Source of the DNA: Bilabrum cf. latius
Lineage: Eukaryota
Assembly (NCBI GenBank): GCA_965178125.1
Contig: OZ237742.1
Location: 744,001-808,000 of the forward strand
DNA length: 64,000 nt
Direction: 5' to 3'
The notes under the pieces are model-generated. The model was not told where the DNA came from and did not search any database. It worked only from the letters and a program-made list of their open reading frames with translations. A program made the position numbers and the translations under genes. This document shows positions 1 through 13,100 of the stretch, one piece after another. Within the stretch, counting starts at the first letter, position 1; every line of letters begins with the position of its first letter.

Positions 1-3000
1 ATCATCCCTAGGGTATTTGGTGAAGTGTATCGGTATATGGACGAGCATCCGGAGCTCAGCTGCAAGGTGTTCATGAGCTACTTGGAAGTCTATTAGGAAG
101 GAGTGTACGATTTGCTCGATACCGCGCACTCATCAAGTGGCGGTGGTGCCACATCGAGCGCCGCCAGCAGCAGCGGCAGCACATCGGGCGGCAAGCGCTC
201 GATCGAGCAGTGGCAGAAGGTTGCCCTGCGGGAGGGCAGGGAGGGCCGGCTCGAGCTGCAGGGAGTGAAGGTGTACACCCCCGCCAACGAGCAGCAAGCC
301 CTCAACCTATTGTTCCTCGGGTGGATGAACCGATCCATGGCAGAAACGGCGATGAACCAGGCCTCGAGCAGGTCTCACTGCGTCCTCACCATCTCGCTCG
401 AGCAGAGGAGGGCAGACTCTGACGTGGTCAGATCTTCGAGGCTGCACCTTGTCGATCTGGCCGGGTCCGAAAGGGTGGGCAAATCCGCCAGCGACCGACC
501 CGGGTCTGCCATCACACGGCGGGAGGGCCGTCACATCAACCTTAGCCTCCACCACTTAGAGCAGGTCATAGTTGCCTTGCATGAGCGGGAGAGAGACAAA
601 CGCAGGCACGTGCCCTTCCGCAATTGCGTACTGACGTCACTCCTGCGAGACTCGCTCGGAGGCAACTGCCTGACTGCCTTCATCATGACCATCAACGCGG
701 AGAGGAGGCATTGCGACGAGACCATCTCAACGTGTAGGTTCGCGCAAAGGTGCAGCCAGTTGACGTTCGACGTGGATGTGAACGAGGAACGAGACCTTGG
801 CGTGGTTGTCGCGAGACTAGAGCGGGAAAAAGCGGCGCTCCTCGCGCAGATCGAAGCCATACGGGCAAGGAAGGGCGGGGCACGGCCAGGCGAGAGCGGC
901 AGCGGTGGTGCGGCTCCTGTTCACCCTTTCCTGACCCTTCGTCCCATAGGAGAAGAAGACAGGCGCAGATGCGAAGATCTAGTAGCAAGATATCTAAGAG
1001 ATGATCTGGCCATTGAGGACATGCACTGGACGCCTGGCCTCATGGCGCCGTTCGTTAGCAGCCGAGATAGGTCGAAAAGGGGCACAGGCACCATTGGCAC
1101 CACTGGAGCCATCGAGGCAGGCAGACCTGCCTCAGGCAGCTCCACGCCTCGGTCGAGCTCGGGCCGATCCATGGCGAGCAAAGGGTCAAGGAGGAGCTCG
1201 AGGGCCGGTGCTGCCGCGGGCAGGATGGGGACAGGGAATGGTGCGGACTCATTGGGGAGGTCAGCGGCAGCGGCAGGGATGCAAGACGACCTGGAGCACA
1301 GGATGGCTAGGCGGATCGGTGGGGAGCGAGTAAGGATCTCGCGGGGAACAGAGGGCGACTCACCTTCCCCGAGCAGAAGCAGAGGAACTTCTGCGAGGAA
1401 CTCGCCGAGCCGTAGGGTGCACAGGGGCAGGGGCATGCCTGTGGTGAGCGCCACGGTCTCTCTCGCCGACATGGTGGCAGGGACGGACGGTGCAGATGCG
1501 GATGGAGGTCGGTCGAAGGGTGGTCAAAGTAGCCGTGCCTCGTCTGGGTCTCCAGAAGAATACAGTCAAGAGCACCGCGGGTTGCATCGCGGCTCGAGAA
1601 AGAGCAGCCCCAGCAGCCCCAGCAGCGCGCCGTCGGGCCGCAGGTTTCGCTTCGACGATGGCGGGGTGCTTGGGCACGACGGGGACAACCTGCAGCAAGT
1701 CAGAGCAGACTTCCAGGACTTTGACCAGGATTTGGATGCGGCTGGAAGCAACGGGCAGCCTGCCTCGCGCGGTGTTCACAGCAGCTAGCCGGGCACTCCG
1801 CTGCGTCGGAGTATGGCTGCCAGTGTCGGCGAGAGGGATTCCCGAAGCTCGCGCCAGCGCGGTTCCACAGATACCGACGAGCGCTCGGGCAGGTCGAATG
1901 CCGACCCTATGCCTGGCTCGGTCATGCTGCGCGGGGCACGTCCAGCCATCGGAGTGCCGCCGAGCATGCTTGCATTCCGTGACTATACGCAGGCCCAGCT
2001 GTGCTGCGCGCTCCTTCGCGAAGCCGTGCGTAGCGCGATTTCGACGGCCGCAGATGCGAGTGCGGACGTCGTTGGTCTCAACTAGCGGCTGCAGGGGCTA
2101 GAGAGCGAGGCCCAGCGCCTTAGGGCCATCACACAGCGCGCCGTGGCCATGGCTAGTGCCAGGGCAACGGCAAGCAGCTCAGCTGCCGCTGCAGCCGGCG
2201 CCCAAGATCGTGGCTCGCCCAGTCCAACTAGATCTGAGCCCAGCTCGATCGATTATAGCGCACTGGGTGAGTCGATGGCAGCGTTCCGGGCATTGCGAGC
2301 TGCGGACGCAGCAGAAGCCCAGGCTGAAGGAGAGGCCGAGTCACCTGCCGACCCTGACGAGAGCGAGATCGGCTCCGTGCCTGGCGATGACACGCAGGGA
2401 GTGCCATTAGCGGCCGGAGAGATCCTCGGCGATGGGACTGAGCAGCATCCGATCGTGCTGCACTCTGGCATCGCAGGCACCGACGGTGCGTTTGCGAGCA
2501 ACTCTCCGAGTGGAAACGCGAGCAATCACTCGGAAGAAATTGAGAGCACGGAGCAAGCGGCCGTGTAGCACGAAACAAGGGGAACAAGCGGGGGCGGTGT
2601 ACCGAACAGTCCACGCTTGAGGGGCCCCGCTGGTGCACTGGCCGCTTTGAGACGAGCGCGGGGTCGAGACATGCATGAGCTGAGCGTGGCGGGATTGGCC
2701 GAAGAAGATTCACAGTACAGCGACACAATGGCGCATCCCGCCCGAAGCTCGCGAGGCGTGCCAACTCCGGAGCCGTACCCAGCCCATGGTACCACAGATC
2801 CTGCCGGAAACGGCGCGGACCAGGACCAGGATGAGACTGCCGTGCAGCAAGGCCCGCAGGTGTCGGGTGGCCCCCCGCAGCTAGCAAGCCCCCCGCAAGC
2901 CGTGCAGGGCTCGAGTGGGTCGAACGGCGCGGGCAACGCAGCCAGAGAGTCACGTAGAAGCGGGCCGGATACCTCCCCGCTGGTGCTTGCTTCACACCGA

Positions 3001-3798
3001 GCAGGTGCGGCAGGTGCAGTGCACGCAGGTGCGGCAGGTGCAGTGCACGCAGGTGCGGCAGGTGCAGTGCACGCTGTCGTGGGGTCTGGCGAAAGCACTT
3101 CACAAGCACACACGGGGCTGCGACTGCCTGCGTCAACACCGCCAGGTTCGCTTGCTGCGGCGGGGGACCCACCGGCGGGCGACTAGATCGGTGCAACTGG
3201 AGCTGGCCACGGGACCGCAAGCCTGCAGTCAGGTACCGGCGGCAGCGCTCGGGCGGCGGGAGCTGCGGCAGGTGCTGTTGTCCACGGCGGCCGTCCTAAG
3301 CTGTCCATCCAGGAGCACACACTCGTGAGCCTGCTCACGGCAGGAGGTATCTTCCTCAAGTCATCGGTGGCTGGGAGCGGGACCGGCAGCGGTGGGGGGG
3401 CTGCCAGGACCTCCATGAACATGAAGGCAGGCGAGCCCAGGTACGTGTGGTGCTCTGCCGATCTCAGGACTGTGTACTGGCGCGCAGTCGGAGAAGAGCA
3501 GATCATTGGTGGTATGGATGCCCGCACTATCTTGGAAGTGGTTCCTGTCGAGGGCAGCTAGGATGGGGCGGGCGCGGCGGGTCGCGATGCAGCCGTGAGA
3601 CTGATCGGGCGGAATCGCACGCTGCAGCTGCAGGTTTTCCTGGGGGCCGAGCCTGCGTCGCAGGAGCTTTCTGCGAAGCTTAGGAGGGCAAGGGATGTCT
3701 GGGTGGAGGCTCTGCGGTTCCTGGTGAGCTTCCACAGGAGAGATTCCAGGCTGACTGGGCTCGGAGAGACGTCGGAGGCGAAAGGAATAGTTGGCTGA
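1..3798 (+). CDS. Kinesin-9 (KIF6-like) motor with long low-complexity stalk and C-terminal PH-like domain; 5' truncated by window edge
   Basis: Frame 1 is continuous if TAG is sense (TAG at 94, 1786, 2083, 2566, 3184, 3559) and ends in TGA 3796-3798. Motifs SYLEVY*E, MNQASSRSH, LVDLAGSER, HVPFRN, LRDSLGGNC. Confidence 0.9.
3001..3072 (+). repeat. Coding tandem repeat, 24 bp x3 (AGAAGAVH)
   Basis: GCAGGTGCGGCAGGTGCAGTGCAC three times, exact. Confidence 0.95.
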
Positions 3799-3963
3799 CC
3801 CCAGAGCTGCCCGAATGCAACCATCGGAGGACTTTTTGCAGTTGTGATGCCGGAATCAACTAGGACTATTAATGTTGCAGAGTTCGTCTTTTTGCTGAGT
3901 TGCACTTCCGGTTCCGCTTCACTTCAGGGGACAGCTCTCCTTCAAACAGACATATCGTGCACC

Positions 3964-5391
3964 ATGCATCTTCTGTACATGTGCGCAATTGTTTTGACTG
4001 CGTGGGTTAAGGCATCATCAGTCGTCGTGCAGTGCCAGAATGAAGCGAATTGCACAGCCGATCTTTCGAAAGCAGTTCAGGGAGTCGCTACAACAATTGT
4101 GCTGCAGTCAGGAATTGTATATCGAACTCTTCCGCTTCATGTGAACCGGTCAGACTTTACTATTTTGCTCTGCGAGGGAACGCAGCTGGAGGCCCTGCGC
4201 GGCGGGTACCATGGGTTGCATGATATGCTCTTGACAATCCGTGATTCTAGCAGGGTACAAGTGGCCGCTGCGCGGCACCCATCTACAAACATCAAGATGA
4301 TCAAATCTGCGGACGCTATATGGCCATGGGAATATGCTTCTGACGTGCTGCCGCCGAGGGCTCAAGTTGAATCAAGGCTGTGTAAGCCCGCCACGAGCGG
4401 CCCAAGCATGCCGGTGCTGCGCATGTGGCAAGAGGACTACATCAACCGGACCATGTACAACGGCAGCTAGTGGCGGCATGCCCTAGCAATCTACAGCTCA
4501 TCCCAGGTCAGCGTTGTAGGGCCCATGCTCCTCACCCGGTCTGGCGGCGACGGGATCTATGTCGATGGAGCGAGCAACTCGACCCTGCAGGGCCTGTGGT
4601 CGGATTGGAATTGGAGGAATGCAATGTCCGTCATCAGCGCCAAGAACCTGACCGTGTCAAGCTGCGTGTTCAGCAACACGACGGGCACGGCCCCTCGCGC
4701 AGGCATCGATTTCGAGCCGAACGGCTGGACGGACGCTCTGTTCGGCATCCAACTGAGCAGGTGCCTGGCGGCTGGGAACGGCGGCAGCGGCTTTGGCATC
4801 TCCGTCAGTGCTCTGTCGAACGAGTCGCTTCCGATCGACGTGGACTTTGACCAGTCTGTCGCTCGGGATTCTTATGTCGGCAGCGGCGTAACTTCCATCA
4901 CCTTTCGCGACCACGCCGACACGCAGCCGCGAGGACGCTTCGCCTTTCGCAACGGAGCGGTGGTGCACACCAAGAACCCGGGAGTGAGCGTGACTACGCC
5001 GTGGGATCGGATCAAAGTCTCGCTGGAGAACACGAGCATCACCGACACGGCGTATGCGCACGAGTATTGGACCCCCATTGAGGTTGCCCAGTCCCGTGCC
5101 GGCCCGAATCGGACTTGGCAATCCGGAGGACTGTCGATGAGCAACGTCACGATCGGGGATCCAGGGGCGGCCCATGCTTCCCCTGGGTCACCCACTCGGC
5201 CGTATATCCATGTGTGTGACGAGTGCAAGTCCGTGTCCATGGGTGGCGGCAGCCTCGTGCAGGTACGGTGCGAGCAGGGGCAGGCTCCAAACTGCACTGC
5301 CCAGGTGGACGGGGTTGGCTCCTGGTCCTCGCGGGACATCCGTTTGGACTACCGATGCGGTTGCGTCGGCTCAGGCACTAGCTTTAGTTAA
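3964..5391 (+). CDS. Secreted right-handed beta-helix (pectin lyase-like fold) protein
   Basis: Hydrophobic N-terminus MHLLYMCAIVLTAWVKA; motifs S*WRHAL, SGGDGIYV, NWRNAMSVIS, GTAPRAGIDFEPN. One in-frame TAG at 4468; ends TAA followed by AT-rich sequence. Confidence 0.75.
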
Positions 5392-5552
5392 TGTTTCCTT
5401 GTTTTAATTGCCTAAAGAGAATAATGTGGGAGCAGTAATGATGCAGTTGCACCTAGCGAGCTTTTTCTAGAAGTAGCGTAATGTTAATGATTTTCCTGTT
5501 CACCGAAGGCCACGCGGCCTCACTCCAACCGGATTTCCTAGCGAATTTAAGC

Positions 5553-7711
5553 ATGCTCGGCCGCCGTAGTCTTCATGCTCTGTCTCGTTCGCTTCAGAGC
5601 TCCCGTCGCATCGGCACCCGTGGCATGGCCACCGGAAAGGACGTCCGATTCGGGGCAGAGGTGAGATCCGGGCGCGAAGCTTGCCCAGTATCTTCTGCGG
5701 CTTGACTCTCGCATCGGCAGGCCATGGTGCCGCACAGCAGCTATCATGAATTTCCTACTATACTTAATTGTCTCGCAGGCCCGAGCAGCCATGCTTGTGG
5801 GAGTTGACAAGCTTGCGGATGCCGTTCAGGTGAGAAGCCACGCGGCACACGTGTGTGCGCGCAAATTGCGCCAGGTTTCGCTGGCAGCGCCAGTCCTTGC
5901 AATATTGCGAAAATCATAGCAATGACTCATGGTCTTCGGGTAGCCATGGTGCTCGCTGATCAGGAGCTGCCATTTGCAGCGGCTGCAATCCATGCGGTTC
6001 GTCGCCACGTCGGCGGAAGATTTCTTGTGCCCACGCGGCAGTACTGTTTCACAACGTGCTAAAGGCGACCTTGTGTATTTAATTTTAGTAGAAGCTATGA
6101 TCATCTTGTGTAGTCATTGGACTGAACTTTTTGGCATCGCAGGTGACGCTCGGCCCCAAGGGCAGGAACGCCCTGCTGGACCAGCCCTTCGGTGCCCCCA
6201 AGATCACCAAGGACGGCGTGACCGTGGCCAAGCACATCGAGTTCAAGGATCGCCTGCGCAACATGGGCGCCCAGCTCGTGCGCCAGGTGGCCTCCAAGAC
6301 CAACGACCTGGCAGGCGACGGCACCACCACGAGCACCGTGCTCGCCCGCGCCATCTACGCAGAGGGCTGCCGCAGCGTGGCCGCGGGGATGAACCCCATG
6401 GAGCTGCGCAAGGGCATGAACCGCGCCGTGGACGCGATCGTGGCCTGGCTGGGCGAGAAGAGCGTGGAGGTGTCAAGCTCGGAGGAGGTGTCCCAGGTGG
6501 CCACCATCTCGGCCAACAACGACAAGGACATTGGCGCGCTGATCGGCACCGCCATCGAGAAGGTGGGCCGCGAGGGAGTGATCACCGTGCAGGACGGGCG
6601 CACGCTGGATGACGAGCTCGAGGTTGTGGAGGGCATGCGCTTCGACAGGGGCTACATCTCCCCCTATTTCCTGACGGACGCCAAGACCGGCAAGTGCGAG
6701 TTCGAGAAGCCCTACCTGCTGCTGGTGGAGAAGAGGGTGAGCTCCATCCAGAGCATCATGGGCATCCTCGAGGCCGTGTTCAGGGAACAGAGGCCACTCG
6801 TCATCATCGCCGAGGACGTGGAGAGCGACGCTCTCGCCACGCTCATCCTCAACAAGGTGCGCGCCAACGCCAAGGTGGCTGCCGTCAAGGCGCCCGGATT
6901 CGGCGACAACCGCAAGGCGAACCTGCAGGACATTGCTGAGCTGACCGGCGGCACCGTCATCAGCGAGGAGCTGAACCTGACCCTAGAGAAGGCCACGATG
7001 GACCAGCTGGGCCAGTGCAAGAAGATCACCATCAGCAAGGACGACACCCTCATCCTTGACGGAGAGGGCGAGAAGGCGGCCATCGAGGCCAGGTGCGAGG
7101 CAATCCGCGACCAGATGGACCGCACCACGAGCGAGTACGAGAAGGAGAAGCTGCAAGAGAGGCTGGCCAAGCTGTCGGGAGGCGTGGCCGTCATCCGAGT
7201 GGGTGGCGCGTCCGAGGTGGAGGTAGGCGAGAAGAAGGACAGGGTCACTGACGCGCTGAACGCCACGCGAGCGGCCGTGGAGGAGGGCATCGTGCCCGGC
7301 GGAGGCACCGCCCTGCTGTACGCGAGCAAGACGCTGGACAAGCTGATCGAGGAGGCCACGACCGAGGATGAGAAGGTCGGCATCAAGATCATCCAGTCCG
7401 CCGTCAGGAAGCCAGCTGAGACCATCGCGGCCAACGCGGGAGTGAGCGGCCAGGTGGTTGCCGGCAAGCTGCTGGAGAGCGAGGATTTCAAGTTTGGGTA
7501 CAACGCCGCCACCGGCGATTACGTCGACATGGTAAGCGCGGGAATCATCGACCCCACCAAGGTGGTGCGGACCGCCCTTCAGGATGCCGCCTCCGTGGCC
7601 GGTCTCATGACCACCACCGAGGCCGCCGTTGTGGAGCTGCCCGCGGACGACAAGGCTGGGGGGGAGCCAGCCGGCGGCATGGGCATGGGAAGCATGGGAC
7701 AGATGTTCTGA
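5553..7711 (+). CDS. HSP60: Mitochondrial chaperonin 60 (HSP60/GroEL); 3 exons: 5553-5660, 5779-5829, 6143-7711
   Basis: Arg/Ser-rich presequence, [26 protein letters not shown] tail; GT-AG introns restore the frame; ends TGA; no in-frame TAG. Confidence 0.97.
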
Positions 7712-7927
7712 GCAAAGCTCTTGCACGCTCAAGAAGTAGCCTTGTGTGACTTGTGCACAGATTTCACTCGGCTTGTTGGCTTTTGGGGGTAGGGGCCGAA
7801 TTGGCTGTGAAGAGGCCTAGGTACTGCCATCCATTGTCACCCTGGGTCCTTATCTCTGGGAATTCTACTAAGGCGCACTTCCTCTCAAGCCTCAATTGAA
7901 GCCATCAGGCCGCGCGTCCCTGTCGAA

Positions 7928-9845
7928 TCACCCCTGGTGATGCGCGTTTTGAACGTGCTCCTTGAGATGGCTAGCCTGCCCAAAGCGCTTCCCGCACACA
8001 GAGCACTCGTGCTTGCGTTCGTCCATGTGCACACCCCTCACGTGAGTCCTGAGAGTGCTTGCCTGCCCAAAGCGCTTCCCGCACACAGAGCACTCGTGCT
8101 TGCGCTCGTCCATGTGCACAGTGCTCACGTGCTGCTTGAGAGTGCTAGCCCGTCCAAAGCGCTTCCCGCACACAGAGCACTCGTGCTTGCGCTCGTCCAT
8201 GTGCACAGTGCTCACGTGCTGCTTGAGAGTGCTTGCCCGTCCAAAGAGCTTCCCGCACACAGAGCACTCGTGCTTGCGCTCGTCCATGTGCACAGTGCTC
8301 ACGTGAGTCCTGAGAGTGCTTGCCTGCCCAAAGAGCTTCCCGCACACAAAGCACTCGTGCTTGCGCTCGTCCATGTGCACAGTGCTCACGTGCTGCTTGA
8401 GGGTGCTTGCCCGTCCAAAGAGCTTCCCGCACACAGAGCACTCGTGCTTGCGCTCGTCCATGTGCACAGTGCTCACGTGAGTCCTGAGATGGCTAGCCTG
8501 CCCAAAGCGCTTCCCGCACACAGAGCACTCGTGCTTGCGCTCGTCCATGTGCACAGTGCTCACGTGCTGCTTGAGAGTGCTTGCCTGCCCAAAGCGCTTC
8601 CCGCACACAAAGCACTCGTGCTTGCGCTCGTCCATGTGCATAGTCGTCACGTGCTGCTTGAGATGGCTAGCCTGCCCAAAGAGCTTCCCGCACACAGAGC
8701 ACTCGTGCTTGCGCTCGTCCATGTGCACAGTGCTCACGTGCTGCTTGAGAGTGCTTGCCCGTCCAAAGAGCTTCCCGCACACAGAGCACTCGTGCTTGCG
8801 CTCGTCCATGTGCACAGTGCTCACGTGCTGCTTGAGATTGCTTGCCTCCCCAAAGCGCTTCCCGCACACAGAGCACTCGTGCTTGCGCTCGTCCATGTGC
8901 ACAGTGCTCACGTGAGTCCTGAGATGGCTAGCCTGCCCAAAGCGCTTCCCGCACACAGAGCACTTGTGCTTGCGCTCGTCCATGTGCACAGTGCTCACGT
9001 GCTGCTTGAGATTGCTTGCCCGTCCAAAGCGCTTCCCGCACACAAAGCACTTGTGCTTGCGCTCGTCCATGTGCACAGTGCTCACGTGAGTCCTGAGATG
9101 GCTAGCCTGCCCAAAGAGCTTCCCGCACACAGAGCACTCGTGCTTGCGCTCGTCCAGATGCACTGCAGATACATGCCTCCTCAAGCTTGTCATAGAGCTT
9201 AGAGTTCTCCCGCAAACCTCACAGACATGTTTAGCTATGCTTGCGCTTGCTTGTGTTCGCCGTTTCTTCGCTGTAACGCCGTGGGTGGCTGCAAGCTATT
9301 GACTATTATCGATATCTTGGGTCCTACCGCGTTTCTGGCCCACAACTGCAAATTCATGGCCACGCGCGCTGCTGGCAGCTGCGGACTCTGGCATGCTGAC
9401 AGATGCTGCGAATTCCATAGAACGGCGTCCGCTCGACGCCGCTTCCTTTATGTCGCTGTTAAGCTAACTCTTTGTACCACCAGCTTGTCGCCGGGTGCCT
9501 ACCAACGAATGATCCGGGCACTATTTGAACGATCTAGTCTATTCGTGCCAGTCTTCCTCACAGTCGCTTTGACTACTGCTGCTTGAATAACGCACAAGAT
9601 CGATAACACCGGGACCCGTTCCTGCCATCTCGGGAACCTACCGGCTGAGCGATCCTCGATACGAGAATGCTACTGGGCGAGATGTTTGGCTGGATAGACC
9701 CGAGCTCGCGTGTTCCGAACTAAGCTCGATGATAGCAAAGATGTTCTCAGTCTCCCAACTATGGTAAGCTTCACTCCAATTCGGAAGAATGTCAGCCTTC
9801 CAGCCAGGGTGTGTGTCGCTCCGAATTTGCAAAAATACCTTCTTG
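7928..9845 (-). CDS. C2H2 zinc-finger array protein (15 fingers) with N-terminal extension; true 5' end uncertain
   Basis: Cx2C-x12-Hx4H units. Frame continues upstream of 9193 (first finger KHVCEVCGR, KKRR NLS-like) through TAGs at 9296, 9464, 9521, 9539, 9638 to a possible acceptor near 9846. Ends TGA. Confidence 0.85.
7940..9155. repeat. 87-bp coding minisatellite, 14 near-identical units (zinc fingers)
   Basis: Period 87 bp (e.g. GCACACAGAGCACTCG at 8081 and 8168); few variable sites. Confidence 0.95.
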
Positions 9846-10177
9846 CTGCATGCGTGTTGTCTTCAAGTTAAGGAAGTTCACGCCTAGAACCTGTTGGTGT
9901 TCAATATAAACATTGATAGAAACTACCGAACTGCATACAGCTACACTGTTTCAATTTGGCACAAGCCAGTCTGAGCAAGTACTCGATATTGAAATACGGA
10001 ACCCATCAGGTTGTGAAAAGTTACAGACAGGGATTGGATTGCCACGCCGACCTGATGTTACAGTACGCCCTTATTTCATTGACTGTTGCACTCAGTTGGC
10101 AGTGTTTACCCGCATTATCTCTGGCGAAGTCGTTTGGAGGGCAACGCACCGCACCAAACACTCTGGCAATCCAGAGT

Positions 10178-13100
10178 ATGCTTCGAAGGGTGCGCTCCGA
10201 GCTGCTACTCGCAGCGAGTCTAGAAACAGTCTTAGCTCGGACAGACCGCCGGTTGTCGCTTGAACGTGCCATTCAGCAGAATGAGCGCCGCGAGAGGGCA
10301 CTGCAAGCAGCTTCCAGGTCGAGAGGTGATCCGCCCCCACCAGGTGGTTGGAAGAATTTCGGAACTTCTTACTAGAATACGATAATATCAAAGGACAAGC
10401 AGACCGGACTCTGGGTGCCAGATATCTCTTTCCCGTTCAGTGACAGCGGCTCTGCAACCATTGCTGCATCAAGCCGTCCAGCTGTCGCAAGGCAATTATC
10501 GAGCTCTCCCAGCTCATACGGTGTGCCTGAAGATAGCGTACTTGTTTAGCATTGTTTTGCAATGGCAAAAGCTTTGCACCAATTTGAGGCCGCCTCCGAT
10601 GGGCTCGGCTGGGTGCCCTGGGTCGACCTGCGCCAAGTCGGGCGAACTGCTGGCAGCAGCCCGGCGTTGGTTTCCAAGCAGCTTGTGCAGGAATCCATTG
10701 GCCTCATGGTTGCCATTGACACGATAAAGCCGGTTCGTGGGACACAAGCTGCACTGAACGAAGCGTTGTCTGCTTGCAGCACAACCCTAACCGGCCTAGC
10801 AAGCAGGCTCGACCGGCATGGCGGAAAGGCGCGTGGCAATCGTCTGGAGCGCTCCAGCCGAGACATGCTGGCAATCGCTGCTTTTATTGCCCGCTCATCC
10901 GTGGGCTACGACGCACAGTGCTCGCTCAACTGTTCCTCAGCCTGGTCGCGCGCACTCGGAGAGGACCGCGGTTCACAGGCCGTGACAAAGCTTCTTGCCG
11001 CGGGCAAACCGGCAGTGCAGGCCATCCGCAGCGCATCCGAGCTGCCGGGCGGTTTGAATGCTATTGGTATGAAATCATGGATCGATCGTTCGCTCAACCG
11101 CACAAAGTCGCATGCAACCAGAGGAGCAGCGACCGATGCACAGAGCGGAGCATCGCCTCAGTTGCAGTGCGCCAGCCCCAGGAGCGACGACTAGAAGGGC
11201 AGCAAGACCAGCCAGGGCGGGGTGTGCCTGGATTTCATCTCAACGACCCATGGAACGACGTTGACGGCATCCATTCGGCGGGAAGCTAGCACCGACAGCG
11301 CTGAGCTGCCGTAGCGCTCAGTTGCAGGCTCGGTTCGACTTGCCCACGATCCGATGCTGGGGTGCGCACACCTCGGCCTGGTGCATGGAACAGAAGACTC
11401 GCAGGACGAGGTCACAGAAACCATCGAGATAGGGCAGCTTGCTTCCAGTCGATTCGCTGGAGCTTCCTATCGTGACGGTCACGGCCCGAGGAGGCGTGCC
11501 CTCGGTGCAGGCACGACCGACATCAGGCTAGATCAGCGAGGCAGGAGCAGCCCTGTCCCTACGAGCTCATCCAAAGGGACTGCACGGCAAGGCAGAGCTC
11601 CAGGTGGGGCGCTAGTACCAACGCATGTCATCCACGGTCACAGGTACGGCGCAGCGTTGGCACCTAGTCTCGGATCCAGGCACGGTTCCTCCCTTCCCGG
11701 CATAGCTCACCACTCAGTGTCCAAGACCAGGAGAAAGCTTGCTTCCTACCTGAATGCCACTGTCGCTAGGCGCCAGGTCGACGCACTTCGAGCTCTTCAG
11801 CAGAGAGCAGGGGGCACTGGCGGAGCAGTAGCTGCCGGGCAGATCCCGGGCGATTTCCTAGCGCCCATCGCAGGGGACGGTCGCATCGAGAGAGAGGACG
11901 TGGACCGCGTGGCGGCGGCTGTGAGGGGGCTGCTCTCCTGCCCCGTTTCGGTTGGGGACAAATACTCCGCCCAGCTGGGCCCCTTTCTCGGGATCGGGGA
12001 GGCAGGTCGAAGCACAAACAGCAAAGTAGCCGAGGTGCTGCGCATCCCCGGGGCCCTCGAGAGCATGCACAGCTTGGAGTGCGGGGAGACGGGCTCAGGG
12101 GGCGGCTCTTCGATGTGGAGCAACTGGAACCTGGGTGGCGTGCAAAGGAGGGCTGGGCCCGAGCGGTGCGACGTTCACGACAGCTGGCATGCGGTATTCG
12201 AGCTGGCTGCCGAGTCCATCTCCCTGAGAGCGATGTCTGAAGCCGGGAATAGCTCCAGGCGCACTGTCGGTGGTCCCGACCGACAGAGAAGCGATATCAC
12301 CCTTAACTCCGAGCCTAGCGTTTGGGAAGCTGCAGTATTCATGATGAGACAGGCATGGTCCGCCCTTGCCACCTGGTTGAGCCTCGCTACAGGTGGAGAC
12401 TTGCAGGGTGCAGCATTACCCACGTCGACCCGATCGAAAGCGGATGCTAGCTAGTACAGTCTTCTGTCAACACCTACAATTCGCTTTGCGCCTGGCCACG
12501 CCTCAAAAGCTGCCGGGGCTGGCGTTATGGACCGCAGGCGTCGGACGAAAGGCGACTCTGGCGGTTCCCGCAGTAATTCGGTGGATACTGAGGCTCTAGA
12601 GCAGTGGCCTGAGGGGCTCCCCAAGCCGTACGAAGAGGAGCACGAGAGAGGCAGGCAGCGGTTGAAACGAGGCGGGTTTCTTGGTCCAGTGCTGAATCCC
12701 AAGCGGCCCATGGACCATTTCCTCGGCATCGACTGGGAGTGGGCGGGGTTCCGGGCTACGCAGGTCATCGGTTTCGTGACTGTTGTCCCCGTTCGACTTG
12801 CTGCCGATGCGGCGCTGGTCGGGCTGAATGCGGTGGTGCATGCCGCCGATGCGATCGGTTTTCTCGTCGTGGACGCGATTGGTCTTGCACCAGCCGAAAG
12901 GAGCTGCGCGCCTGCAGCCGGCCAAGCAGGCCTGGTACAGTTCCCCGCGTGCCTGACTCGCGGAGTCATCCACCCAACCGTCGAAGGGATAGGTGGTACC
13001 GGCAGCGTGGAGTGGATTGAGTCGCAAGTTGAGTGGCTGGACAGGCGATTGGTGCGTCTGTTCAGGCAGGCAGGCATGTACCGCTTCGTTTCAAGGCTTT

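Noticed and set aside
5830-6142. snoRNA in the long HSP60 intron 2
   Set aside because: No convincing C/D or H/ACA box arrangement seen.
6712-7732. Long antisense and alternative-frame ORFs over HSP60 and other genes
   Set aside because: Expected by-product of GC-rich codon usage; no motifs.
7937-9202. 421-aa plus-strand ORF, or CRISPR-like array
   Set aside because: It is the antisense shadow of the zinc-finger minisatellite; there are no unique spacers.
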